From: Dendrobates tinctorius | Lineage: Eukaryota | Assembly (NCBI RefSeq): GCF_039654945.1 | Contig: NW_027361704.1 | Coordinates: 13,516,001 to 13,580,000 of the forward strand | DNA: 64,000 nt | Direction of reading: 5' to 3' | In this document: in pieces, positions 48,485 to 62,916 of the stretch | Layout of the letters: every line of letters begins with the position of its first letter | Numbering within the stretch: the first letter of the stretch is position 1 | Position numbers and translations under genes: made by a program | Notes under the pieces: generated by a model | Database searches by the model: none | Seen by the model: the letters and a program-made list of their open reading frames with translations, nothing else | Told to the model about the DNA's origin: nothing

Positions 48485-48526
48485 TGAGTCATACCCTCCC
48501 AGAGACACTCCTACCAAGCACTTCCG
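48485..48526 (-). promoter_or_regulatory. Candidate proximal promoter motifs of the DOCK2-like gene (AP-1 and ETS)
   Basis: TGAGTCA (48485-48491) and CACTTCCG (48519-48526) lie 115-155 bp upstream of the ATG, in non-repetitive sequence. Confidence 0.4.
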
Positions 48527-49647
48527 TCTTCTGCATGAAATCCTGTATCTACTTAGATTACTCTTGATAAAGTACAGCAGCATCACAGTCTGTCCTAGTC
48601 ACAACACTTTCTTTTATCTTGAGTAATCTTCCACAAATGCCGTCAAGTTTGCAATAATTTGAAAAAGGATATTTAGTTGTGAAAGTCTAATAAAATTGTT
48701 ATATTAAAGACATTTTGTATCAACCAGCTCAGCTGTTAACAAATAATTGTGTGTAATAACTGAAATAATTGCAATCTCTGGATATCTACCCCTGAGATCC
48801 CATAGCCAAACTTTGTAAAGAGCCGCACTCCACTGAGACAGCTGTAAGTTCAGGAAATCTAAATTATGATTTATTTCCAAAATAATAGTACACACAAAAA
48901 GCTCAAAATGTTGAACTCATAGTCCAATAAGGTGTCATGCGCTGTCACAATACAATCATAACAAAACAGTTATATCACAATACATATATATTTTCAGTGA
49001 ATTTAGAGAAAGGATTTTTGTTAGGTCCGTGTCTAAACCCTCACCTAAATCCTCGCCCCTGTTAGGTTGTACTTACATTGTTAATGGTGCTAGATTATGC
49101 TGACATGCTCCTCTTTAATATTCAGATTACTGGGACTTGTGGTGGCACCCAGCAAGGGAATCTGTGTCTCACAGCTGAGTATTGATCAATTGCATTAGCT
49201 CATGCTGTGAAGCTTGGAAGGGGCCACGTCCTATGTAAACCCTCTGCAGCTTGCGGCGTTTTCAAGTTACAGGTGTATACCGATCCTGGTCTGCTATTTA
49301 TGGACTATCTGCTGTTTGTATTTGCTGTTGCTACTAGGTTCTGCACCTGGACAATTTAGCTTTCTGAATGCCTTACTATTTTGACTTTGTTCTCCTAGTA
49401 TTGATGTTAGCTATATCCTGACCTTATTCTGATCTTCAGTTTTTCCCCTCTATGATTACAGCCAGGCTAGACGACCTACCTTTGACAGCTGGCTCAATGT
49501 CCACCAGGACATTAGGTCAAGAGTTACCACACCATAGAACTGGATGATAACGGGTAGTAACCAACTGCTTTTTTATTGTTTTAACCCGTTCTGTGCAGAA
49601 CACTGATTCTAACTGATGGTTTCACTGTTAGGTTGGAGTCACACTTA

Positions 49648-49816
49648 GGCCGGGATCACACGAGAGAAACTCGGACGAGTCTCGCATGTTAATATCCAGG
49701 ACTCTGGAGCAGAGCATGCGGCTGCATGTATTGCTATGCAGCCGCACGCTTCGATCTGAGTGCTGGTGATTAACATGCAAGATTCGTCCGAGTTTCTTGC
49801 ATGTGTGATCCCGGCC
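49648..49816. mobile_element. Harbinger-type MITE nested in the end of another Harbinger MITE (starting 49631)
   Basis: Perfect 14-bp TIR GGCCGGGATCACAC/GTGTGATCCCGGCC and TTA TSD. Confidence 0.85.
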
Positions 49817-50094
49817 TTACCGTATAAAAAAAAAAAAAAAAAAAATAATCGGTCCGATTTTGACAGCCGAGAATTGCACAAATGTTCCCTGAACAGTGAT
49901 CCGTATGTAATCCATTTGCAATGCGAGGACGCATCTAGTAACTGTGACATGCTTATGGCATTCGTATGCAATGCAATTTTAACATGAGCTTTTGCATACA
50001 GCAGTTCTCTCTATGTAAAAGCACATGTTAAAATCGCATTGTAAAACACAACTGTAAACATTGTTTTAATACCAAATAATCTTCAAAACATATA

Positions 50095-50880
50095 CAGGTG
50101 TGTCCATAAAGTCATGGTGCACTTTTGACCAGTCACTGGAAAGCAACAAAAAATGACAGACATGTGAAATCTGCTCCAAATAAAAGAAAAACTCTCCCAG
50201 TTTCATACCTATTCAGTGCAGTTCAATGTTGGCTCCATTTGTTGCCCTATACACATTCAAACGATAGTGAAGTTCTTGCCACACACAGGTAAGGACATCT
50301 GTAGCAGAGTGAATAACGTCTGTGATTCTCTGTTTTAAGTGGTTAATGTCGTTGATACCTTCAATGTACACATGTTGCTTCACATAACCCCAAAAGTAAA
50401 AGTCTAAGGGTGTCAGATCCGGAGATCATGGTGGCCATGGCTTGACAGGACCCCTGCCTATCCACCACCAGGGGGAATGTGCTAGCCAGAAGCTAACGAA
50501 CAAAGGTGGTGTAGTGTGGAGGAGCACCATCCTGTTGAAAGATGACACCACCTGGATATTGTGGTACTGCATACAATTCCAACATGTCAAGGTACATGTT
50601 TGCCATCACAGACAGCTCCATAAAAAAAAGTGAGCCTATCACCTTATCATGCATCAGGCCACACCACACGTTCACTTTAGGGGTGTTACGTTCATACTCA
50701 ACGTAGGCATGAGTATGTTCAGCAGCCCATATTCGGACGTTATTGCGATGAACATGTCCACAGATATGGAAGGTCACCTCATCGCTAAACACAATCTTCT
50801 GCCAAAATCTTACATCATTGTCGATCTCATGAAGCATATTAATAGCAAACGTGCACCAGTTTGACAGCATCAGTTTTCTG
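50095..50880 (-). mobile_element. Tc1/mariner DD41D (rosa/Visitor-type) remnant
   Basis: IVFSDE, FQQDGAPPH, WIGRG, SPDLTPLDF. There are 41 residues between the 2nd and 3rd D after correcting one frameshift, and the end reads TA + caggtgtgtcc. Confidence 0.8.
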
Positions 50881-51927
50881 CTATTTGAGGGCATGACTGT
50901 TCACTTACCCATGCTGCCGAGTTCATCGCAGGTCAGGCTGGGCGGCTGCGCAGCATCAGTGATGTCAGCACTAGTCACTGATGCTGCTCAACCACCCAGC
51001 CTGACCTGCATTGAACTCAGCAGCGAGGGAAAATTAACTGTCACTTACCCACGCTCAAGAGTTCACTGCGGGTTGGGCTGCGAGGCTTCGCTGGCGGACG
51101 TCACTGATGCTGACGCCGGCAGCTCCTCATTCATTCCTCAGTGGTTTACAGCGGGGGCGTAGCATTAGCACCGCTCCCGGTTTTAACTATTTAACCCCCA
51201 GATATGGATTACGCCGTGGGACTGTTCACCGGACAGGTATGGTATATTGTTTTTTTATTATTTATTACAGGAGATAGAGGGCATCGTTTGGATTAGCAGA
51301 AGAATAAAGATGGCAAAACTGTGTGTTCTTTCATTTCATTAAAATACTTTATTCTGCATGCTTGTGCTTTTATTTAACCTTCTACAAAATTTAGGATTAG
51401 CAATGGATAGGTGTCTTATTGACACCTTTCCATTACTAAGCCAGGCGTAATGTCACCTTACAATACAAAGGGGACATTAACCCCTTATTACCCAATATGC
51501 CACCACTACAGGGCAGTGGGAAGACTAAGTGCCAGAACTGGCGCATCTTACAGATGGACCTTTTCTTGGGTGGCTGGGGGCAGATTTTTTTTTTAGCCGG
51601 GGGGCCAATAACCATGGTCCCTCACTAGGTTACTAAAATCTGCCCTCAGTCACTGGCTTTCCCCCTCTGGCACAGAAAATTGTGAGGGAGTCTATGCCAT
51701 TTTTTCCGTGAATACATTCTTTTAGTAAATACAGGAAAAACACACACATACTGCTAACAGTATTAGACACTGACATATATAAATCCAACTGTTCTGCATG
51801 GGTTTACTGTATGTAAACCATGTCTTCTATCCTGTCGGGTTCTGCAATGATTTTACAGAAGCTAACAAATGAATTATTGGCTATTCTGCTATCTATCTCT
51901 CTATGAAATATAAAAGATATATATATA

Positions 51928-53530
<1,603 letters not shown>

Positions 53531-54675
53531 TATATATATATATATATACATACTTTATATACCCTGCTCAAAAAAATAAAGGGAAGACATAAACAGAATA
53601 TAACTCCAAGTGATTCAAACTGTCCACTTAAGAAGCAACACTGATTGACAATCCATTTCACATGCTGTTTTGCAAATGGAATAGACAACAGATGGAAATT
53701 GTTGGCAATTATCAAGACACACTCAATAAAGGATTGGTTCTGCAGGTGGGGACCACAGGCTGGTCACATCACAGTACAAATGCTTTCTGGCTGATGTTTT
53801 GGTCACTTTTGAATGTTGGTTGTGCTTTCACATTCTTGGTAGCACTCTTGTTTTCACAATCACTGTGTATCTCTATTTGAAAATGTAGACGTTTGTGTAT
53901 TGCTTAACAGGTGTTACAGTGGAGGTGTTATTATTAAAGTTAGCAAACAATACAGGTACATTTACAAGTGGATTAAACCATTTTGTCTTGCCATGCCACA
54001 GGTCCAATATCAGAATCAAAGTAAGAAGTAAAGTGATCCCTCATTTGGATAACTTCCAATGTTCTCCTCAGAGGGTGATCTTGGTAATCCTGCAATGTGC
54101 CTACTTCAGGTTCCTCAAGTTCTAAGTGTTGTCGCTCTTTCACCAGGATGTAATTGTGCAGAACAACACACGCTTTCACTACCTCATCAATTGTCTCAGT
54201 TTTTAGATTGATGGCTGTTCCCAAAATGCACGATTCAGATGCTAGCAATCCAAAGGCACACTCCACAGTTCTGCATGCCCTTGTCAATCAGTAGTTGTAA
54301 ATCCTTTTTGTGTGAGTCAAGTCCCGACTCGAGTATGGTTTTATGAGGTTGGCACACATTTGAAACTCCTCATCCCCAACCACAACAAATGGCATTAGCG
54401 GTCCTTCAGTGTTCGGAAGAGGTCGTGGCATTCGAAAACTGAAATCATTCCCATACAAACGTAGGCCCATGTCAGAGTCTTTGAAAGTCTGAGATCAGGT
54501 AAGGATAGGGACGGTCATAAAGGAGCGCCAGCCGTGCAGGATTAGGGCAGCGTAATGCAGCTCCAGCTGGGTGCCTCAGATAAGGATGGGTGATGCAGAG
54601 CTGGGTAGGTCCGGTCAGCAGGAGCGCAAAGACAGGAGATAAATATTGGAAATTCTTCTTTTATTTCATGTATTT

Positions 54676-54715
54676 CACAACGCATTTCGACAGATAATTC
54701 TGTCTTCCTCAGGTG
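54676..54715 (-). ncRNA. Minimal type-I hammerhead ribozyme of the Penelope pLTR
   Basis: CAC-CTGAGGA-A-GACAGA(ATTA)TCTGTC-GAAA-TGCGTT-GTG: intact core, 6-bp stem II, 3-bp stem I, near-palindromic stem III. Confidence 0.8.
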
Positions 54716-55142
54716 GCAGTAACAAGATTACAAAGGGGGCAGGTATTTAAAGGGGCAGTGACCAATGGGGAATGATGGGTAATTAATTACATCATAAACA
54801 ATTATAACATAGTATAATAAAATTATAAAAATAATTACATGACAAATAAAAACAAGCAATCACAATATAATTAAGAAATGCAGAATAAAAACTAATTAAA
54901 AACAAAAATGAATAAAGTGCTTCATTAAAGGCATAGAAACCAACGGAACTCAATAAGCTTTCTCAATTGTAAGATTTAGCCCCTCTGGCGCCAGGGTGCC
55001 AAGTTTAAAAATCCAAAAGCTCTCTCTCCTAATTAGATTCTCATAGCGATTTGTCACGTCATCTCGGATATGTTCTATGATAGTGAGTTTCAGCGAGCTA
55101 GGATTTTTGTTATGTACAAGCAGAAAATGTTTAGATAAACTA

Positions 55143-55620
55143 GAATCATAGAAACGTAGAGTTGGAAGGGACCTCCTGGGCCATCTGGTCCAACCTCCTG
55201 CTCAAAGCAGGATTCTCTAAATCATCCCAGTCAGATGTCTGTCCAGCCTCTGTTTGAAGACTTCCATTGAAGGAGAACTCACCACTTCTCGTGGCAGCCT
55301 GTTCCACTCATTGATCACTCTGTCAAAAAGTTTTTTCTAATATCTAATCTGTGTCTCCTCCCATTCAGTTTCATCCCATTGCTTCTAGTCTTTCCTTGTG
55401 CAAATGAGAATAAAGTTGATCCTTCTACAATGTGACAGCCCTTTAGATATTTGTAGACAGCTATTAAGTCTCCTCTCAGTCTTCTCTTTTGCAAACTAAA
55501 CATTCCCAAATCCTGCAACCTTTCCTCATAAGACAGGGTTTGCAGACCGGTCACCATTCTGGTCACTCTTTTCTGAACTTGCTCCAGTTTGCTGATGTCT
55601 TTTTTAAAATGTGGTGCCCA
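55143..55620 (-). mobile_element. CR1 3' fragment inserted in the Penelope GIY-YIG region
   Basis: RRLRGDLIAVYKY and a tctatgattcta tail, with aaacta at both junctions. Removing it restores FLLHSLSKHF. Confidence 0.88.
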
Positions 55621-57263
55621 AAACTATGTAACAAGAACCCGTTCTTGATGTTTTGACGGTGTTTGTTAAGTCTATTGTGCATACACTGGATCGTCCTGCC
55701 CACGTATTGTAACCCACAATCAAATTCGATTAGATAAATAACGTAGCTTGACTGGCAGGTGACATGGCAATTAATTTTAAATGTCGTGCCAGTGGTACGA
55801 GATTTAAAGTGTAGCACCCCATTCAAAATGGACATACAACAAAGGCATTTTGTATTTCTACATGCAAAACACCCTGGGTTACGCAAACCCCGGGTGGTTG
55901 GTAGGGGTGAAAGCCTGATAGATGTATTGCTGGGAACCACAATGTTACGAAGGGTACGGTTTTTCCTGAAGATAATCATAGGCTGTGCCGGTATATGTAC
56001 CGACAGAACAGGATCACCCATTAAAATAAACCAGTACTTTTTAATTAAGTTGCATAAGGAGGCGTGAGATTGATTAAAGGTAGTAATTAGGCTCCATTTC
56101 ACCAAATCCGAAGGTTCAGCCCTACTTGTGCTTCTGTTTTTAATTTTCTCAATGCAACTTTTTTGTGAAAAATTATTTGCCCTGGTGAAAGCATCCTTCA
56201 AGAGTTTTTAGAGTAACCTGTATTTATAAATCGATCCTTCAGGATTTTAGCCTCTTTTATAAAATCAACATCATTGGTACAATTCTTGCAGACCCTCTAA
56301 TATTGCCTGTAGGGAACATTTAGAACCATTTAGGGAGATGGCCGCTAGAGAAATTAAGATAGCTGTTAACATCTACTTTCTTGAAGTGAGTGGAAGTTGA
56401 GATTTGACCATGATGATCAACGTTGATCATAAGGTCCAAAAATTGGATTCCTGTGGTGGATATATTGGAGGAAAACTTGAGACCCCAAGTGTTCAGATTC
56501 AAGGACTGGGTGAATTCATGAGCTTCTGACTCCGAACCAGTCCATATTATAAAGAGATCATCAATAAAGCGTCGATACGCTTGAATGCCCCCATAAACAG
56601 ATTAGCGTAACTAGGGCAAATCTCGTCCCCATCGTGCAGTCCCACACTTGGCGTTAGCAGGTGCTCTCAAAATAAAAAATATTATTATTGAGAACAAACA
56701 AAATAGCCCTTTTTAAAAAAAAATCTGTGGGGAAGATAGAAGATCATTGTTCGAGAGAAAATGTTGAAACGCCTCCAATCCCAAATCATGGGGGATATTG
56801 GTATAAAGTCTGAGAGTCATTTGCTTGTCCAAATGAGCCAACGTTCACAATGATAAACTGACAGTCAGCATCTGCAATCACCATGAGAACTATCGAAAAG
56901 TATTATTTGTAACTGAAATACTCAGACGCACTTCCAGCAGGTTTCTGAATACAAATGTGTTTGCCGTCCACAGCTCCCAAACAGTTTGGAAAATAACAAA
57001 TGTCCTGGAATTTTGCAGCATTTTCCATCCAGATTTCACTTGTGGGTTGGGGGAGGAATTCTTCATGCAGAACGTTACATAAAGCATGGCAGGCGTCTCC
57101 AACAATCCCAGAAATGGTGGACACACCAATCCGGAATTGAAAATGTAGAAATCTTAAGAATTCTCCGGTAACCGGGAAACATGGAAAAAAACAATTTTCA
57201 TTACATGGCTTCTATAACAATAATACTAATGACATGTGTTTCTTTTTAAAAAATTACATACCT

Positions 57264-60200
57264 TGGGGGGTGTGGCCTAGCTGCTGAGGAGACAGGACGT
57301 GTGGGCTTGGAGCTCCTCCACATTACCTGCTAAATTTAGAATTTTGAGAGATACTACAGCTGCGGTTTGGCTCCCAGAGCTGAGATAAACCTCTCTGGCA
57401 CATCTGAGTCGTAACGGAAGAGGGAGGCTTGGCTCTAATCACCCCTGAGGTGCTTTATAAACAAGCAGTGGAGCGTGGTTGGAAGAGACAGGCGCCATCT
57501 TGAGAGGCTGAGGGGAATGGTGGATTACAAGCTGCAAGGATTGTTGTGAAGGTAACGCTTTTGTGGAGGAGCCATTAGATAAAATCCCCAGTCAGCGACT
57601 CCCTCCCCCACCTCATTACACACTCTGTCTGGCCACATAAGAGCCTGAAGTGATAAGAGCTGCTGAGATCCATCTCTGGTGTCTGGCTCCCTCCTCATCC
57701 CCCTTCCACCTGCTGCACACAGAGAGAGACTCCTGAGATCACTTCTATGCCCCCCTCCCCTCCTCCCCAGCGAGATAGTGTTTATCTATTGTTTCTCCTC
57801 CTGTGCAACTAGAATACTGACTTCCTTAACACTAAGGCTACTTTCACACTTGCTTTTTTTTGCAGCGCATTTTTCCCGCAAAAAAAAGCATGGAAAAAAC
57901 GCATACAAACGCTGCGTTTTTTTCAAGCATTTTTATGAGCATGCATGAAAAAAATGCAGCTTTTTTATGCGTTTGTATGCATTTTTAGTGCGTTTTTACC
58001 GCGTTTGCGTTTTTTTTCCAACATTAGTTGGCCCCTCACACAAACCCAAACAATGACTTTACTAACCCTGACCCTAACCCTGACCCTTAACCAAACCATA
58101 CCCTAACCCTTAGCCAAACCATACTAACCCTAACCCTTAACCAAACCTTACCCAAACTCTAACCCTAAACCCCCTTAACTAACCCTAACTCTAACCCAAA
58201 CCCCTAAATTCCATTGTCTAATGGTCAACAAAAAAACGCATGCGCAAAAAAACACATACATGAGCATGGCAATGCGCACCCATAGACTTATAATGGGTGT
58301 CTTGCTGTAAAAAAAAACACATTGCGCGCGCATGCGTTTTTTTTAGGCAAGTCGGACGCCCAAAAAATGCAACAGGATGCATTTTGTGCACCCGAGCGCA
58401 CACCACAAAAAAGTGCATGCACGGAAAAACGCATACAAACGCATGTGTATGCGCACATAAGCGCATCCCATGCAAAATATAGGGAAAAAAAATGCATGCG
58501 TTTTTTAGCGCTAAAATACAGTGCAAAAAAACGCAAGTGTGAAACAGCCTAAAACTGGGGCCAGGAGGTGGAACTTGAGCAAGATGCCAGACCCACAGTG
58601 GTCTTTTTGGCAACATTCAGAGGGACCAAGAGAGGACAGCGTTATATAGGGGAATCACACTTTCTATTCCTCGGATAAAAGCTGAAATCAGAGAGAGAAG
58701 AGAGCGACACCTGGTGACCACCAGAGGAAGTGCTCCTCTAGCAACGTCCAGTGGCCATGTTAAGTACTGCGTTCAAATTCTAGTCAAAATGCACTATTGA
58801 ACAAGTTTCTCATATGTCCAAGTTGTCCCTAACACATCCTTCTCTTCTTATCCTGTCTGGTTTAATAGCTGTAGCTCCTCCTCCACTAAAGGGGTTACTG
58901 TGGCAATAAAAAAAGGTATCCCATTTGCCCTAAAGGACAGTTTTAAAGACCACGAAGGCCGGTATATTTTCATTAAGGGAATGCTAGCTAATACAATGGT
59001 CACCTTTGCTAACCTATATGCCTCCAACGCTCAGCAAGTGCAGTGGATTATGAAAACACTAGACACACTGCAACTATTTAAAGAAGGGCTACTGATTATG
59101 TGTGGGGACTTTAACCTCACTCTTCAACCCGAAATAGACGCTACAAGTGGTTCTTCCACCATTTCTCAGGCCTTAAGACGTAAACTTTTACATAAATTAG
59201 AAACGCTTCAACTTATCGATCCCTGACGTCTTCTACACCCCACCACGAAAGATTTTATGTTTTTCTCACCTCCCCACTCCTCATACCACCGAATTGACCT
59301 TCTCTTAGTCCAAGCACAAGCCCTGCAGTTAGTTAAATCTACTAAAATAGGTGTCATTACTATTTCAGATCATGCCCCAATCTTTCTTGATCTCTCTATT
59401 GCTACATTACCCCAGTCTGCCATGTCATGGCGTTTAAGCGAATCTCTTCTAGACAAACCAAATATTATTGAGAAATTAAAAACTACTATGGCACAATTTT
59501 TCACTGAAAATATCACTCATAATCAGCTTACCCCCAATATTTGGGAGACTCAAAGCTGTCATTAGGGGGGAACTTATCTCAATTGCTTCCTTCCATAAAA
59601 GACAAAGGGATAAGGAGCTCATGTCGCTATTACAACAAATTAGCACTTTAGAACGCATCCATAAAAAAACAAGCTCTCAGATTTCTCTTCAGGACCTCAC
59701 CTCTCTTCGCAGCAAACGTAAAGATTTATTAAACGTGAACTCCGCAAAATTATTTATGCATTTTAGACACAGATTTTATCTGCATGGGAACAAATGCAGT
59801 AAGCTCACTTCCCATATGCTCAAAAGGCAAAAAGAAAAAAAACGTTCATAATTCAGGTCTTTACTAAAGCTAACAAGAAGGTGTTTAGGTCAGACGAGAT
59901 TGCCGAGACTTTTAGACAATACTACGAATCTCTCTATAATTTAGATACCCGGAACCGATGATAGATTGCTCTACTGCAGCAGACAGGATACAGAAATTTT
60001 TAGCCCCCCTTTCCCTTCCCAAGGTCCCATTAGGAAATCATCTCTCTTCTCTCAAAAATTTCTCTCCAAGAAATGCAGGATACCTTACACACTATCCCAA
60101 ATAATAAAACGCCAGGCCCAGACTGTTTCCCTGTGATTTATTATAAAAAGTTTGCAGACATTCTCCTTCCTCACCTAGTTGACCTGTTTAATGCATTTCT

Positions 60201-62916
60201 GGATGGGAAAACCCCATCTAGACAATCTCTGGAGGCATATATTACTATCATACCCAAGGAGGGTAGAGACGGCAGCCTACGTAGCAATTATCGTCCAATC
60301 TCTTTACTTAACACTGATTTGAAGTTATGGTCGAAGATTCTAGCCTCTAGAATTAATAGTGTCCTGGAAACATTAATCCACCCTGACCAAGTGGGTTTCG
60401 TAAAGGGGAGGGAGGGAAAAGACAATGCCACAAAAACCTTACTCGCTATTTCTCACGCTAAACGCTCTGGCATTCTATTAACCATTCTGTCGACAGATGC
60501 CGAGAAGGCCTTCGATAGAATTAGCTGGCATTATTTGATTTGCACTCTGCAAAAATTTGATTTTCCTCCCCCTTTTATAGAAGCCATTATGTCTCTCTAT
60601 ACGACATCAACTGCTAAGGTCAGGGTAAATGGATTATTTTCAAACTCTTAAGATTTCCAATGGCACTAGACAGGGCTGCCCTCTCTCCCCCTCCCTTTTT
60701 GTCCTAGTGATGGAGACATTGATACAGAAAATCAGGCAAGACCCCGATATCAGGGGATTAGTGGTGGGCCAGATCGAACTCAAGATAGCTGCTTTTGCAG
60801 ATGACCTCCTACTCTTGATTACCAACCCCAACATAGCTTTTTCACACCTCTTAGATTTATTTACAGACTTTTGAATTCTCTCTAACTTCAAAATTAACAT
60901 GAGTAAATCTGAAATTTTGAATATCTCGGCATCAGTTAAAGAGGTCTCGAGGTTAAAACAAATGACACCTTTTCATTGGCCTCCTGAAAAATTAATATTT
61001 TTGGGGATTTATTTAACTGCTGACCCCTCTACTCTATATAAATTTAATTTTCTCCCTCTGCTATCCAACTTACAAACTCTACTTAATTCTTACGATTTAA
61101 CCTTTTCTTTCTTGGATGGGGAGAATCAATGTTGTCAAATCCTACATTTTTCCAAAAAAATTTTTATGTTATGAATATGGTCCCTATTCCTCTTCCCAAT
61201 TCCTTTTTTATAATGGTGAACAAACTAGTTTCAAAATTCATATGGAAAAATAAAAGAGCCAGATTGCCTCCCAGAATTTTATTTTTACCAAAAAATAAAG
61301 GGGGACTCTGTCTCCCTGACTTCAAGAAATATTACCAGGCCATCCACATCAGACCAACCCTGATCAGAAAGTTCTAAATTTGGAAGTCAGTCTGTTGGGC
61401 AATATGGCTGAGATTTTTCTTTGGTCTTCCTGTACCCCAGCTACTCACTCGATCAACGCCATAACTTATAATACATAATCTATTAGATGTTCTTTAATTC
61501 CTAATATATTACCCCATTGCTATTTTTTAGACCATATTCCAATAAGAGTCATTCCGTGGCTGATTGACCCGAACTATGTTGACATTTATGGTCTATGGGA
61601 TTTTTTACCGAATCTACCCATTTTGCATCTTCTATCTAACCAGGTCCCTTGTACAGAAGACTGGTCAAAAGATGTCAGGAAACAACCTCGAGACCTTTTA
61701 CAAAAAATCCATATACGTTTTATTATGTCTAAATTTAGGTCGAGATACAAACATGGTTTTGACTGGCTTTGGCTGGAATTTTTAATAGGTCTCCGATCTA
61801 TTCCCCCAAAACTCGTCTCTAAAATGTATGTTAATCTGGTCAGTCCGTTATCTCAATTTAAGCCACTTTATTTATCCTCATGGGAATCTGAACTAAATCT
61901 GTCTTTATCGCCCCAGGAGACTAGTCAAATCTTAGGCAACTCCCACGGTTTCTTAAGGTGTATTCTATTACAGGAAAATGCTTTAAAAATTCTTTCACGC
62001 TGGTACAGAACCCCGGACAGACTGTTCTATATGGGTTTGGCTTCCTCCCCTCTATGTTGGAGATGCTCTGGTTCGGTTGGAGCACTGACTCACATCTTTT
62101 GGACATGCCCGGATATTTCTATATACTGGTCAGGAATCAATAGTTCCCTGCGCAAATTAGGTTTGACTAATAGGAACCTAACCCCTCCAGAAGTTCTTCT
62201 ATCACTACCTGCTAGAGAGTTTAAACCCAAGAAACATAACCTACTTCCCCTCTTGATAGCGGCCGCTAAGCATCTAATTTCCATTCATTGGAAACAACCT
62301 TCCCCCCCACAATTGCTGAGTGGGTAACTAAAGTTCAAGACATCTATAGAATGGAAGAGTTGTCGAGTTGGGAGTCGCACTCACATAGCGAGTTCCAATC
62401 AACTTGGCACCCTTGGATAAATAGACCCTCCCTTATCCCTTGACAGCTCTCAGTTATTGCTATAACTATACATTCCTCATTCCCCTTTCAGAGTCCTGCG
62501 CCGAAGTTAAGGAGCCCGACCTCGAAACTGCCCCAAATTACTACAAACATTTCCAATTGTGATAAATCTAATTGCCCATCTTTTAACTCATTTGGCTGCT
62601 CTAACTGGTGCACTCCTTACTTCTATTTGTCTCATCTTTGTAGGTCTCCAGAAGGATTTCGTACGTTCTTTTGGAGCCGTTGCTACAATCACTAAGTTAA
62701 TACTACCTGAATTTAGTTCTTTATATTTTGTGGTTCCTTTTATAGTTTACCTGTTTTATGGTCTCTGCCAATACGATTTTATGGGAATTTAACTGATTCT
62801 CTATGCAATTGTCATTTTCTGATTTATGAAGCAGGCGCTGATTACATGGCTGAGCCATAACTTTGTGTTGTACTGTATGCAAAAATTTTCTTAAATGAAG
62901 AATTACAAAAAAAAAA
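57264..62916 (+). mobile_element. L1 LINE with intact ends, frameshifted ORF2 (~58870-62440) and little ORF1
   Basis: 16-bp TSD aaaaaattacatacct (57248-57263, 62917-62932) at a tt/aaaa site, G-rich 5' end and poly(A) tail. Motifs GDFN, SDHAP, NYRPISLL, DAEKAFD, GTRQGCPLSP, FADD and CWRC...HIFWTC. Confidence 0.93.
57836..58549 (-). mobile_element. Harbinger MITE with (CCCTAA)-like repeats, inserted in the L1
   Basis: TIR ggctactttcacacttgc / gcaagtgtgaaacagcc, TAA TSD, variant telomeric hexamers at 58060-58207. Confidence 0.9.

Larger units (their letters stand above)
54495..56804 (-). mobile_element. 5'-truncated Penelope-like element (RT + GIY-YIG)
   Basis: 11-bp TSD aaagtctgaga (54484-54494, 56805-56815). 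LYTNIPH, RRFIDD, YVIYLI..C...QYVGRT, and a hammerhead in the 3' pLTR. Confidence 0.9.

Noticed and set aside
48305-48586. 93-aa ORF as a single-exon gene
   Set aside because: Only its last part is DOCK-like and is cut by a gtgagt donor; the rest is promoter or UTR read in frame.
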